From: Eledone cirrhosa
Taxonomy: Eukaryota
DNA length: 64,000 bases
Assembly: GCA_964016885.1 (NCBI GenBank)
Contig: OZ024742.1
Location: 7,006,001-7,070,000, forward strand
Direction of reading: 5' to 3'
Under the pieces are notes generated by a model that did not search any database, was not told the DNA's origin, and saw nothing but the letters and a program-made list of their open reading frames with translations. Shown here one piece after another: positions 1 through 15,000 of the stretch (position 1 is its first letter; every line of letters begins with the position of its first letter). The position numbers and the translations under genes were made by a program.

Positions 1-3000
1 TCTGGTAACATACTGTCACCACCATCCAGTTCAGCCTCTCTATGGTAATATACTGTCACCAACATCTAGTTCAGCCTCTTTCTGGTAATATACTGTCACC
101 AACATCCAGTTCAGCCTTTCTCTGGTAATATACTGTCACCAACATCCAGTTCAGCCTCTCTCTGGTAATATACTGTCACAAACATCCAGTTCAGCCTCTC
201 TCTGGGAATATACTGTCACTACCATCCAGTTCAGCCTCTCTCTGGTAATATACGGTCACCAACATCTAGTTCAGCCTCTTTCTGGTAATATACTGTTACC
301 AACATCAAGTTCAGCCTCTCTGTGGTAATATACTGTCACCAACATGCAGTTCAGCCTCTCTCTGGTGATATACTGTCACCAACATCCAGTTCAGATTCTC
401 TCTGGTAATATAGTGTCACCAACATCTAGTTCAGCCTCTCTCTGGTAATATACTGTCACCAACATCCAGTTCAGCTTCACTCCGGTAATATAGGGTCACC
501 AACATCCAGTTCAATTTCTCTCTGGTAATATACTGTCACCAACATCCAGTTCAGCCTTTCTCTGGTAATATACTGTCACCAACATCCAGTTCAGCCTCTC
601 TCTGGTAATATACTGTCACCAACATCCAGTTCAGCCTCTCTCTGGTAATATACTGTCACCACCATCCAGTTCAGCCTCTCTATGGTAATATACTGTCACC
701 AACATCTAGTTCAGCCTCTTTCTGGTAATATACTGTCACCAACATCCAGTACAGCCTTTCTCTGGTAATATACTGTCACCAACATCCAGTTCATCCTCTC
801 TCTGTAAATATACTGTCACCACCATCCAGTTCAGCCTCTCTCTGGTAATATACTGTCACAAACATCCAGTTCAGCCTCTCTCTGGTAATATACTGTCACT
901 ACCATCCAGTTCAGCCTCTCTCTGGTAATATACTGTCACCACCATCCAGTTCAGCCTCTCTCTGGTAATATACTGTCACAAACATCAAGTTCAGCCTCTC
1001 TCTGGTAATATACTGTCACTACCATCCAGTTCAGCCTCTTTCTGGTAATATACTGTCACCAACATCCAGTTCAGCCTTTCTCTGGTAATATACTGTCACC
1101 AACATCCAGTTCAGCCTCTCTCTGGTAACATACTGTCACCACCATCCAGTTCAGCCTCTCTCTGGTAATATACCGTCACCAACATCTAGTTCAGCCTCTT
1201 TCTGGTAATATACTGTCACCAACATCCAGTTCAGCCTCTCTATGGTAATATACTGTCACCAACATCTAGTTCAGCCTCTTTCTGGTAATATACTGTCACC
1301 AACATCCAGTTCAGCCTTTCTCTGGTAATATACTGTCACCAACATCCAGTTCAGCCTCTCTCTGGTAATATACTGTCACAAACATCCAGTTCAGCCTCTC
1401 TCTGGGAATATACTGTCACTACCATCCAGTTCAGCCTCTCTCTGGTGATATACTGTCACCAACATCCAGTTTGGTTTCTCTCTGGTAATATAGTGTCACC
1501 AACATCTAGTTCAGCCTCTCTCTGGTAATATACTGTCACCAACATCCAGTTCAGCTTCACTCCGGTGATATAGGGTCACCAACATCCAGTTCAATTTCCC
1601 TCTGGTAATATACTGTCACCAACATCCAGTTCAGCCTCTTTCTGGTAATATACTGTCACCACCATCCAGTTCAGCCTCTCTCTGGTAATATACTGTCACA
1701 AACATCCAGTTCAGCCTCTCTCTGATAATATACTGTCACTACCATCCAGTTCAGCCTCTTTATGGTAATATACTCTCACCAACATCCAGTTCAGACTTTC
1801 TCTGGTAATATACTGTCACTAACATCCAGTTCAGCCTCTCTCTGGTAATATACTGTCACAAACAACCAGTTCAGCCTCTCTCTGGTAATATACTGTCATT
1901 ACCATCCAGTTCAGCCTCTTTCTGGTAATATACTGTCACCAACATCCAGTTCAGCCTCTCTCTGGTAACATACTGTCACCAACATCTAGTTCAGCCTCTT
2001 TCTGGTAATATACTGTCACCAACATCCAGTTCAGCCTTTCTCTGGTAATATGCTGTCACCAACATCCAGTCCAGCCTCTCTCTAGTAATATACTGTCACC
2101 ACCATCCAGTTCAGCCTCTCTATGGTAATATACTGTCACCAACATCTAGTTCAGCCTCTTTCTGGTAATATACTGTCACCACCATCCCGTTCAGCCTCTC
2201 TCTGGTAATATACTGTCACAAACATCCAGTTCAGCCTCTCTCTGGTAATATACTGTCACTACCATCCAGTTCAGCCTGTTTCTGGTAATATACTGTCACC
2301 AACATCCAGTTCAGCCTTTCTCTGGTAATATACTGTCACCAACATCCAGTTCAGCCTCTCTCTGGTAACATACTGTCACCACCATCCAGTTCAGCCTCTC
2401 TATGGTAATATACTGTCACCAACATCTAGTTCAGCCTCTTTCTGGTAATATACTGTCACCAACATCCAGTTCAGCCTTTCTCTGGTAATATACTGTCACC
2501 AACATCCAGTTCAGCCTCTCTCTGGTAATATACTGTCACAAACATCCAGTTCAGCCTCTCTCTGGGAATATACTGTCACTACCATCCAGTTCAGCCTCTC
2601 TCTGGTAATATACGGTCACCTACATCTAGTTCAGCCTCTTTCTGGTAATATACTGTTACCAACATCAAGTTCAGCCTCTCTGTGGTAATATACTGTCACC
2701 AACATGCAGTTCAGCCTCTCTCTGGTGATATACTGTCACCAACATCCAGTTCAGATTCTCTCTGGTAATATACTGTCACCAACATCCAGTTTAGTTTCTC
2801 TCTGGTAATATAGTGTCACCAACATCTAGTTCAGCCTCTCTCTGGTAATATACTGTCACCAACATCCAGTTCAGCTTCACTCCGGTAATATAGGGTCACC
2901 AACATCCAGTTCAATTTCTCTCTGGTAATATACTGTCACCAACATCCAGTTCAGCCTTTCTCTGGTAATATACTGTCACCAACATCCAGTTCAGCCTCTC

Positions 3001-6000
3001 TCTGGTAATATACTGTCACCAACATCCAGTTCAGCCTCTCTCTGGTAATATACTGTCACCACCATCCAGTTCAGCCTCTCTATGGTAATATACTGTCACC
3101 AACATCTAGTTCAGCCTCTTTCTGGTAATATACTGTCACCAACATCCAGTACAGCCTTTCTGTGGTAATATACTGTCACCAACATCCAGTTCAGCCTCTC
3201 TCTGTAAATATACTGTCACCACCATCCAGTTCAGCCTCTCTCTGGTAATATACTGTCACCAACATCCAGTTCAGCCTTTCTCTGGTAATATACTGTCACC
3301 AACATCCAGTTCAGCCTCTCTCTGGTAACATACTGTCACCACCATCCAGTTCAGCCTCTCTCTGGTAATATACCGTCACCAACATCTAGTTCAGCCTCTT
3401 TCTGGTAATATACTGTCACCAACATCCAGTTCAGCCTCTCTATGGTAATATACTGTCACCAACATCCAGTTCAGCCTCTTTCTGGTAATATACTGTCACC
3501 AACATCCAGTTCAGCCTTTCTCTGGTAATATACTGTCACCAACATCCAGTTCAGCCTCTCTCTGGTAATATACTGTCACAAACATCCAGTTCAGCCTCTC
3601 TCTGGGAATATACTGTCACTACCATCCAGTTCAGCCTCTCTCTGGTGATATACTGTCACCAACATCCAGTTCAGCTTCTCTCTGGTAATATACTGTCACC
3701 AACATCCAGTTTGGTTTCTCTCTGGTAATATAGTGTCACCAACATCCAGTTCAGCCTCTCTCTGGTAATATACTGTCACCACCATCCAGTTCAGCCTCTC
3801 TATGGTAATATACTGTCACCAACATCTAGTTCAGCCTCTTTCTGGTAATATACTGTCACCAACATCCAGTACAGCCTTTCTCTGGTAATATACTGTCACC
3901 AACATCCAGTTCATCCTCTCTCTGTAAATATACTGTCACCACCATCCAGTTCAGCCTCTCTCTGGTAATATACTGTCACAAACATCCAGTTCAGCCTCTC
4001 TCTGGTAATATACTGTCACTACCATCCAGTTCAGCCTCTCTCTGGTAATATACTGTCACCACCATCCAGTTCAGCCTCTCTCTGGTAATATACTGTCACA
4101 AACATCAAGTTCAGCCTCTCTCTGGTAATATACTGTCACTACCATCCAGTTCAGCCTCTTTCTGGTAATATACTGTCACCAACATCCAGTTCAGCCTTTC
4201 TCTGGTAATATACTGTCACCAACATCCAGTTCAGCCTCTCTCTGTAAATATACTGTCACCACCATCCAGTTCAGCCTCTCTCTGGTAATATACTGTCACC
4301 AACATCCAGTTCAGCCTTTCTCTGGTAATATACTGTCACCAACATCCAGTTCAGCCTCTCTCTGGTAACATACTGTCACCACCATCCAGTTCAGCCTCTC
4401 TCTGGTAATATACCGTCACCAACATCTAGTTCAGCCTCTTTCTGGTAATATACTGTCACCAACATCCAGTTCAGCCTCTCTATGGTAATATACTGTCACC
4501 AACATCCAGTTCAGCCTCTTTCTGGTAATATACTGTCACCAACATCCAGTTCAGCCTTTCTCTGGTAATATACTGTCACCAACATCCAGTTCAGCCTCTC
4601 TCTGGTAATATACTGTCACAAACATCCAGTTCAGCCTCTCTCTGGGAATATACTGTCACTACCATCCAGTTCAGCCTCTCTCTGGTGATATACTGTCACC
4701 AACATCCAGTTCAGCTTCTCTCTGGTAATATACTGTCACCAACATCCAGTTTGGTTTCTCTCTGGTAATATAGTGTCACCAACATCCAGTTCAGCCTCTC
4801 TCTGGTAATATACTGTCACCACCATCCAGTTCAGCCTCTCTATGGTAATATACTGTCACCAACATCTAGTTCAGCCTCTTTCTGGTAATATACTGTCACC
4901 AACATCCAGTACAGCCTTTCTCTGGTAATATACTGTCACCAACATCCAGTTCATCCTCTCTCTGTAAATATACTGTCACCACCATCCAGTTCAGCCTCTC
5001 TCTGGTAATATACTGTCACAAACATCCAGTTCAGCCTCTCTCTGGTAATATACTGTCACTACCATCCAGTTCAGCCTCTCTCTGGTAATATACTGTCACC
5101 ACCATCCAGTTCAGCCTCTCTCTGGTAATATACTGTCACAAACATCAAGTTCAGCCTCTCTCTGGTAATATACTGTCACTACCATCCAGTTCAGCCTCTT
5201 TCTGGTAATATACTGTCACCAACATCCAGTTCAGCCTTTCTCTGGTAATATACTGTCACCAACATCCAGTTCAGCCTCTCTCTGGTAACATACTGTCACC
5301 ACCATCCAGTTCAGCCTCTCTCTGGTAATATACCGTCACCAACATCTAGTTCAGCCTCTTTCTGGTAATATACTGTCACCAACATCCAGTTCAGCCTCTC
5401 TATGGTAATATACTGTCACCAACATCTAGTTCAGCCTCTTTCTGGTAATATACTGTCACCAACATCCAGTTCAGCCTTTCTCTGGTAATATACTGTCACC
5501 AACATCCAGTTCAGCCTCTCTCTGGTAATATACTGTCACAAACATCCAGTTCAGCCTCTCTCTGGGAATATACTGTCACTACCATCCAGTTCAGCCTCTC
5601 TCTGGTGATATACTGTCACCAACATCCAGTTTGGTTTCTCTCTGGTAATATAGTGTCACCAACATCTAGTTCAGCCTCTCTCTGGTAATATACTGTCACC
5701 AACATCCAGTTCAGCTTCACTCCGGTGATATAGGGTCACCAACATCCAGTTCAATTTCCCTCTGGTAATATACTGTCACCAACATCCAGTTCAGCCTCTT
5801 TCTGGTAATATACTGTCACCACCATCCAGTTCAGCCTCTCTCTGGTAATATACTGTCACAAACATCCAGTTCAGCCTCTCTCTGATAATATACTGTCACT
5901 ACCATCCAGTTCAGCCTCTTTATGGTAATATACTCTCACCAACATCCAGTTCAGACTTTCTCTGGTAATATACTGTCACTAACATCCAGTTCAGCCTCTC

Positions 6001-9000
6001 TCTGGTAATATACTGTCACAAACAACCAGTTCAGCCTCTCTCTGGTAATATACTGTCATTACCATCCAGTTCAGCCTCTTTCTGGTAATATACTGTCACC
6101 AACATCCAGTTCAGCCTCTCTCTGGTAACATACTGTCACCAACATCTAGTTCAGCCTCTTTCTGGTAATATACTGTCACCAACATCCAGTTCAGCCTTTC
6201 TCTGGTAATATGCTGTCACCAACATCCAGTCCAGCCTCTCTCTAGTAATATACTGTCACCACCATCCAGTTCAGCCTCTCTATGGTAATATACTGTCACC
6301 AACATCTAGTTCAGCCTCTTTCTGGTAATATACTGTCACCACCATCCCGTTCAGCCTCTCTCTGGTAATATACTGTCACAAACATCCAGTTCAGCCTCTC
6401 TCTGGTAATATACTGTCACTACCATCCAGTTCAGCCTGTTTCTGGTAATATACTGTCACCAACATCCAGTTCAGCCTTTCTCTGGTAATATACTGTCACC
6501 AACATCCAGTTCAGCCTCTCTCTGGTAACATACTGTCACCACCATCCAGTTCAGCCTCTCTATGGTAATATACTGTCACCAACATCTAGTTCAGCCTCTT
6601 TCTGGTAATATACTGTCACCAACATCCAGTTCAGCCTTTCTCTGGTAATATACTGTCACCAACATCCAGTTCAGCCTCTCTCTGGTAATATACTGTCACA
6701 AACATCCAGTTCAGCCTCTCTCTGGGAATATACTGTCACTACCATCCAGTTCAGCCTCTCTCTGGTAATATACGGTCACCTACATCTAGTTCAGCCTCTT
6801 TCTGGTAATATACTGTTACCAACATCAAGTTCAGCCTCTCTGTGGTAATATACTGTCACCAACATGCAGTTCAGCCTCTCTCTGGTGATATACTGTCACC
6901 AACATCCAGTTCAGATTCTCTCTGGTAATATACTGTCACCAACATCCAGTTTAGTTTCTCTCTGGTAATATAGTGTCACCAACATCTAGTTCAGCCTCTC
7001 TCTGGTAATATACTGTCACCAACATCCAGTTCAGCTTCACTCCGGTAATATAGGGTCACCAACATCCAGTTCAATTTCTCTCTGGTAATATACTGTCACC
7101 AACATCCAGTTCAGCCTTTCTCTGGTAATATACTGTCACCAACATCCAGTTCAGCCTCTCTCTGGTAATATACTGTCACCAACATCCAGTTCAGCCTCTC
7201 TCTGGTAATATACTGTCACCACCATCCAGTTCAGCCTCTCTATGGTAATATACTGTCACCAACATCTAGTTCAGCCTCTTTCTGGTAATATACTGTCACC
7301 AACATCCAGTACAGCCTTTCTGTGGTAATATACTGTCACCAACATCCAGTTCAGCCTCTCTCTGTAAATATACTGTCACCACCATCCAGTTCAGCCTCTC
7401 TCTGGTAATATACTGTCACCAACATCCAGTTCAGCCTTTCTCTGGTAATATACTGTCACCAACATCCAGTTCAGCCTCTCTCTGGTAACATACTGTCACC
7501 ACCATCCAGTTCAGCCTCTCTCTGGTAATATACCGTCACCAACATCTAGTTCAGCCTCTTTCTGGTAATATACTGTCACCAACATCCAGTTCAGCCTCTC
7601 TATGGTAATATACTGTCACCAACATCCAGTTCAGCCTCTTTCTGGTAATATACTGTCACCAACATCCAGTTCAGCCTTTCTCTGGTAATATACTGTCACC
7701 AACATCCAGTTCAGCCTCTCTCTGGTAATATACTGTCACAAACATCCAGTTCAGCCTCTCTCTGGGAATATACTGTCACTACCATCCAGTTCAGCCTCTC
7801 TCTGGTGATATACTGTCACCAACATCCAGTTCAGCTTCTCTCTGGTAATATACTGTCACCAACATCCAGTTTGGTTTCTCTCTGGTAATATAGTGTCACC
7901 AACATCTAGTTCAGCCTCTCTCTGGTAATATACTGTCACCAACATCCAGTTCAGCTTCACTCCGGTGATATAGGGTCACCAACATCCAGTTCAATTTCCC
8001 TCTGGTAATATACTGTCACCAACATCCAGTTCAGCCTCTTTCTGGTAATATACTGTCACCACCATCCAGTTCAGCCTCTCTCTGGTAATATACTGTCACA
8101 AACATCCAGTTCAGCCTCTCTCTGGTAATATACTGTCACTACCATCCAGTTCAGCCTCTTTCTGGTAATATACTCTCACCAACATCCAGTTCAGACTTTC
8201 TCTGGTAATATACTGTCACTAACATCCAGTTCAGCCTCTCTCTGGTAATATACTGTCACAAACATCCAGTTCAGCCTCTCTCTGGTAATATACTGTCACA
8301 AACATCCAGTTCAGCCTCTCTCTGGGAATATACTGTCACTACCATCCAGTTCAGCCTCTCTCTGGTAATATACCGTCACCAACATCTAGTTCAGCCTCTT
8401 TCTGGTAATATACTGTCACCAACAATCAGTTCAGCCTCTCTGTGGTAATATACTGTCACCAACATGCAGTTCAGCCTCTCTCTGGTGATATACTGTCACC
8501 AACATCCAGTTCAGCTTCTCTCTGGTAATATACTGTCACCAACATACAGTTCAGCCTCTCTCTGGTAATATACTGTCACCAACATGCAGTTCAGCCTCTC
8601 TCTGGTAATATACTCTGACCAACATCCAGTTCATCTTCTCTCTGGTAATATACTGTCACCAACATCCAGTTCAGCTTCTCTCTGGTAATATACTCTCACC
8701 AACATCCAGTTCAGCTTCTCTCTGTTAATATACTGTCACCAACATCCAGTTCAGCTGCTCTCTGGTGATATACTGTCACCAACATCCAGTTCAGCTCCTC
8801 TCTGGTAATATACTGTCAACACCATCCAGTTCAGCTTCTCTCTGGTAATATACTGTCACCAACATCCAGTTCAGCCTCTCTCTGGTAATATACTGTCACC
8901 AACATCCAGTTCAGCAGCTCTTTGGTAATATACTGTCACTACCATTCAGTTGAGCCTCTCTCTGGTAATATACTGTCACCAACACCCAGTTCAGCTTCTC

Positions 9001-12000
9001 TCTGTTAATATACTGTCACCAACATCCAGTTAAGCTTCTCTCTGGTAATATACTGTCACCAACATCCAGTTCAGCCTTTCTCTGGTAATATACTGTCACC
9101 AACATCCAGTTCAGCCACTCTGGTAATATACTGTCACCACCATCCAGTTCAGCCTCTCTCTGGTAATATACTGTCACAAACATCCAGTTCAGCCTCTCTC
9201 TGGTAATATACTGTCACTACCATCCAGTTCAGCCTCTCTCTCGTAATATACTGTCACCACCATCCAGTTCAGCCTCTCTCTGGTAATATACAGTCACAAA
9301 CATCCAGTTCAGCCTCTCTCTGGTAATATACTGTCACTACCATCCAGTTCAGCCTCTTTCTGGTAATATACTGTCACCAACATCCAGTTCAGCCTTTCTC
9401 TGGTAATATACTGTCACCAACATCCAGTTCAGCCTCTCTCTGGTAACATACTGTCACCACCATCCAGTTCAGCCTCTCTCTGGTAATATACCGTCACCAA
9501 CATCTAGTTCAGCCTCTTTCTGGTAATATACTGTCACCAACATTCAGTTCAGCCTCTCTATGGTAATATACTGTCACCAACATCTAGTTCAGCCTCTTTC
9601 CGGTAATATACTGTCACCAACATCCCGTTCAGCCTTTCTCTGGTAATATACTGTCACCAACATCCAGTTCAGCCTCTCTCTGTTAATATACTGTCACAAA
9701 CATCCAGTTCAGCCTCTCTCTGGGAATATACTGTCACTACCATCCAGTTCAGCCTCTCTCTGGTGATATACTGTCACCAACATCCAGTTCAGCTTCTCTC
9801 TGGTAATATACTGTCACCAACATCCAGTTTAGTTTCTCTCTGGTAATATAGTGTCACCAACATCTAGTTCAGCCTCTCTCTGGTAATATACTGTCACCAA
9901 CATCCAGTTCAGCTTCACTCCGGTGATATAGGGTCACCAACATCCAGTTCAATTTCCCTCTGGTAATATACTGTCACCAACATCCAGTTCAGCCTTTCTC
10001 TGGTAATATACTGTCACCAACATCCAGTTCAGACTTTCTCTGGTAATATACTGTCACTAACATCCAGTTCAGCCTCTCTCTGGTAATATACTGTCACAAA
10101 CATCCAGTTCAGCCTCTCTCTGGTAATATACTGTCATTACCATCCAGTTCAGCCTCTTTCTGGTAATATACTGTCACCAACATCCAGTTCAGCCTCTCTC
10201 TGGTAACAAACTGTCACCACCATCCAGTTCAGCCTCTCTCTGGTAATATACTGTCACCACCATCCAGTTCAGCCTCTCTATGGTAATATACTGTCACCAA
10301 CATCTAGTTCAGCCTCTTTCTGGTAATATACTGTCACCAACATCCAGTTCAGCCTTTCTCTGGTAATATACTGTCACCAACATCCAGTTCAGCCTCTCTC
10401 TGGGAATATACTGTCACTACCTTCCAGTTCAGCCTTTCTCTGGTAATATACCGTCACCAACATCTAGTTCAGCCTCTTTCTGGTAATATACTGTCACAAA
10501 CATCCAGTTCAGCCTCTCTGTGGTAATATACTGTCACCAACTTGCAGTTCAGCCTCTCTCTGGTGATATACTGTCACCAACATCCAGTTCAGCTTCTCTT
10601 TTGTAATATACTGTCACCAACATACAGTTCAGCCTCTCTCTGGTAATATACTGTCACCAACATGCAGTTCAGCCTCTCTCTGGTAATATACTCTGACCAA
10701 CATCCAGTTCATCTTCTCTCTGGTAATATACTGTCACCAACATCCAGTTCAGCTTCTCTCTGGTAATATACTCTCACCAACATCCAGTTCAGCTTCTCTC
10801 TGTTAATATACTGTCACCAACATCCAGTTCAGCTGCTCTCTGGTGATATACTGTCACCAACATCCAGTTCAGCTCCTCTCTGGTAATATACTGTCAGCAC
10901 CATCCAGTTCAGCTTCTCTCTGGTAATATACTGTCACCAACATCCAGTTCAGCCTCTCTCTGGTAATATACTGTCACCAACATCCAGTTCAGCAGCTCTT
11001 TGGTAATATACTGTCACTACCATTCAGTTGAGCCTCTCTCTGGTAATATACTGTTACCAACACCCAGTTCAGCTTCTCTCTGTTAATATACTGTCACCAA
11101 CATCCAGTTAAGCTTCTCTCTGGTAATATACTGTCACCAACATCCAGTTCAGCCTTTCTCTGGTAATATACTGTCACCAACATCCAGTTCAGCCACTATG
11201 GTAATATACTGTCACCACCATCCAGTTCAGCCTCTCTCTGGTAATATACTGTCACAAACATCCAGTTCAGGCTCTCTCTGGTAATATACTGTCACTACCA
11301 TCCAGTTCAGCCTCTCTCTGGTAATATACTGTCACCAACATCCAGTTCAGACTTTCTCTGGTAATATACTGTCACCAACATCCAGTTCAGCCTCTCTCTG
11401 GTAATATACTGTCACCACCATCCAGTTCAGCCTCTCTCTGGTAATATACTGTCACAAACATCCAGTTCAGCCTCTCTCTGGTAATATACTGTCACTACCA
11501 TCCAGTTCAGCCTCTTTCTGGTAATATACTGTCACCAACATCCAGTTCAGCCTCTCTCTGGTAGCATACTGTCACCACCATCCAGTTCAGCATCTCTCTG
11601 GTAATATACCGTCACCAACATCTAGTTCAGCCTCTTTCTGGTAATATACTGTCACCAACATCCAGTTCAGCCTTTCTCTGGTAATATACTGTCACCAACA
11701 TCCAGTTCAGCCTCTCTCTGGTAATATACTGTCACCACCATCCAGTTCAGCCTCTCTATGGTAATATACTGTCACCAACATCTAGTTCAGCCTCTTTCTG
11801 GTAATATACTGTCACCAACATCCAGTTCAGCCTTTCTCTGGTAATATACTGTCACCAACATCCAGTTCAGCCTCTCTCTGGTAATATACTGTCACAAACA
11901 TCCAGTTCAGCCTCTCTCTGGGAATATACTGTCACCACCATCGAGTTCAGCCTCTCTCTGGTAATATACCGTCACCAACATCTAGTTCAGCCTCTTTCTG

Positions 12001-15000
12001 GTAATATACTGTCACCAAGATCCAGTTCAGCCTCTCTGTGGTAATATATTGTCACCAACATGCAGTTCAGCTTATCTCTGGTAATATACTGTCACCAACA
12101 TACATTTCAGCCTCTCTCTGGTAATATACTGTCACCAACATGCAGTTCAGCCTCTCCCTGGTAATATACTGTCACCAACACCCAGTTCAGCTTCTCTCTG
12201 TTAATATACCGTCACCAACATCCAGTTAAGCTTCTCTCTGGTAATATACTGTCACCAACATCCAGTTCAGCCTTTCTCTGGTAATATACTGTCACCAACA
12301 TCCAGTTCAGCCACTCTGGTAATATACTGTCACCACCATCCAGTTCAGCCTCTCTCTGGTAATATACTGTCACAAACATCCAGTTCAGCCTCTCTCTGGT
12401 AATATACTGTCACTACCATCCAGTTCAGCCTCTTTCTGGTAATATACTGTCACCAACATCCAGTTCAGACTTTCTCTAGTAATATACTGTCACCAACATC
12501 CAGTTCAGCCTCTCTATGGTAATATACTGTCACCAACATCTAGTTCAGCCTCTTTCTGGTAATATACTGTCACCACCATCCAGTTCAGCCTCTCTCTGGT
12601 AATATACTGTCACAAACATCCAGTTCAGCCTCTCTCTGGTAATATACTGTCATTACCATCCAGTTCAGCCTCTTTCTGGTAATATACTGTCACCAACATC
12701 CAGTTCAGCCTCTCTCTGGTAACATACTGTCACCACCATCCAGTTCAGCCTCTCTCTGGTAATATACTGTCACCACCATCCAGTTCAGCCTCTCTATGGT
12801 AATATACTGTCACCAACATCCAGTTCAGCCTCTCTCTGGTAATATACTGTCACCAACATCCAGTTCAGCAGCTCTTTGGTAATATACTGTCACTACCATT
12901 CAGTTGAGCCTCTCTCTGGTAATATACTGTTACCAACACCCAGTTCAGCTTCTCTCTGTTAATATACTGTCACCAACATCCAGTTAAGCTTCTCTCTGGT
13001 AATATACTGTCACCAACATCCAGTTCAGCCTTTCTCTGGTAATATACTGTCACCAACATCCAGTTCAGCCACTCTGGTAATATACTGTCACCACCATCCA
13101 GTTCAGCCTCTCTCTGGTAATATACTGTCACAAACATCCAGTTCAGGCTCTCTCTGGTAATATACTGTCACTACCATCCAGTTCAGCCTCTCTCTGGTAA
13201 TATACTGTCACCAACATCCAGTTCAGACTTTCTCTGGTAATATACTGTCACCAACATCCAGTTCAGCCTCTCTCTGGTAATATACTGTCACCACCATCCA
13301 GTTCAGCCTCTCTCTGGTAATATACTGTCACAAACATCCAGTTCAGCCTCTCTCTGGTAATATACTGTCACTACCATCCAGTTCAGCCTCTTTCTGGTAA
13401 TATACTGTCACCAACATCCAGTTCAGCCTCTCTCTGGTAGCATACTGTCACCACCATCCAGTTCAGCATCTCTCTGGTAATATACCGTCACCAACATCTA
13501 GTTCAGCCTCTTTCTGGTAATATACTGTCACCAACATCCAGTTCAGCCTTTCTCTGGTAATATACTGTCACCAACATCCAGTTCAGCCTCTCTCTGGTAA
13601 TATACTGTCACCACCATCCAGTTCAGCCTCTCTATGGTAATATACTGTCACCAACATCTAGTTCAGCCTCTTTCTGGTAATATACTGTCACCAACATCCA
13701 GTTCAGCCTTTCTCTGGTAATATACTGTCACCAACATCCAGTTCAGCCTCTCTCTGGTAATATACTGTCACAAACATCCAGTTCAGCCTCTCTCTGGGAA
13801 TATACTGTCACCACCATCGAGTTCAGCCTCTCTCTGGTAATATACCGTCACCAACATCTAGTTCAGCCTCTTTCTGGTAATATACTGTCACCAAGATCCA
13901 GTTCAGCCTCTCTGTGGTAATATACTGTCACCAACATGCAGTTCAGCTTATCTCTGGTAATATACTGTCACCAACATACATTTCAGCCTCTCTCTGGTAA
14001 TATACTGTCACCAACATGCAGTTCAGCCTCTCCCTGGTAATATACTGTCACCAACACCCAGTTCAGCTTCTCTCTGTTAATATACCGTCACCAACATCCA
14101 ATTAAGCTTCTCTCTGGTAATATACTGTCACCAACATCCAGTTCAGCCTTTCTCTGGTAATATACTGTCACCAACATCCAGTTCAGCCACTCTGGTAATA
14201 TACTGTCACCACCATCCAGTTCAGCCTCTCTCTGGTAATATACTGTCACAAACATCCAGTTCAGCCTCTCTCTGGTAATATACTGTCACTACCATCCAGT
14301 TCAGCCTCTTTCTGGTAATATACTGTCACCAACATCCAGTTCAGACTTTCTCTAGTAATATACTGTCACCAACATCCAGTTCAGCCTCTCTATGGTAATA
14401 TACTGTCACCAACATCTAGTTCAGCCTCTTTCTGGTAATATACTGTCACCACCATCCAGTTCAGCCTCTCTCTGGTAATATACTGTCACAAACATCCAGT
14501 TCAGCCTCTCTCTGGTAATATACTGTCATTACCATCCAGTTCAGCCTCTTTCTGGTAATATACTGTCACCAACATCCAGTTCAGCCTCTCTCTGGTAACA
14601 TACTGTCACCACCATCCAGTTCAGCCTCTCTCTGGTAATATACTGTCACCACCATCCAGTTCAGCCTCTCTATGGTAATATACTGTCACCAACATCTAGT
14701 TCAGCCTCTTTCTGGTAATATACTGTCACCAACATCCAGTTCAGCCTTTCTCTGGTAATATACTGTCACCAACATCCAGTTCAGCCTCTCTCTGGTAATA
14801 TACTGTCACAAACATCCAGTTCAGCCTCTCTCTGGGAATATACTGTCACTACCTTCCAGTTCAGCCTCTCTCTGGTAATATACCGTCACCAACATCTAGT
14901 TCAGCCTCTTTCTGGTAATATACTGTCACAAACATCCAGTTCAGCCTCTCTGTGGTAATATACTGTCACCAACTTGCAGTTCAGCCTCTCTCTGGTGATA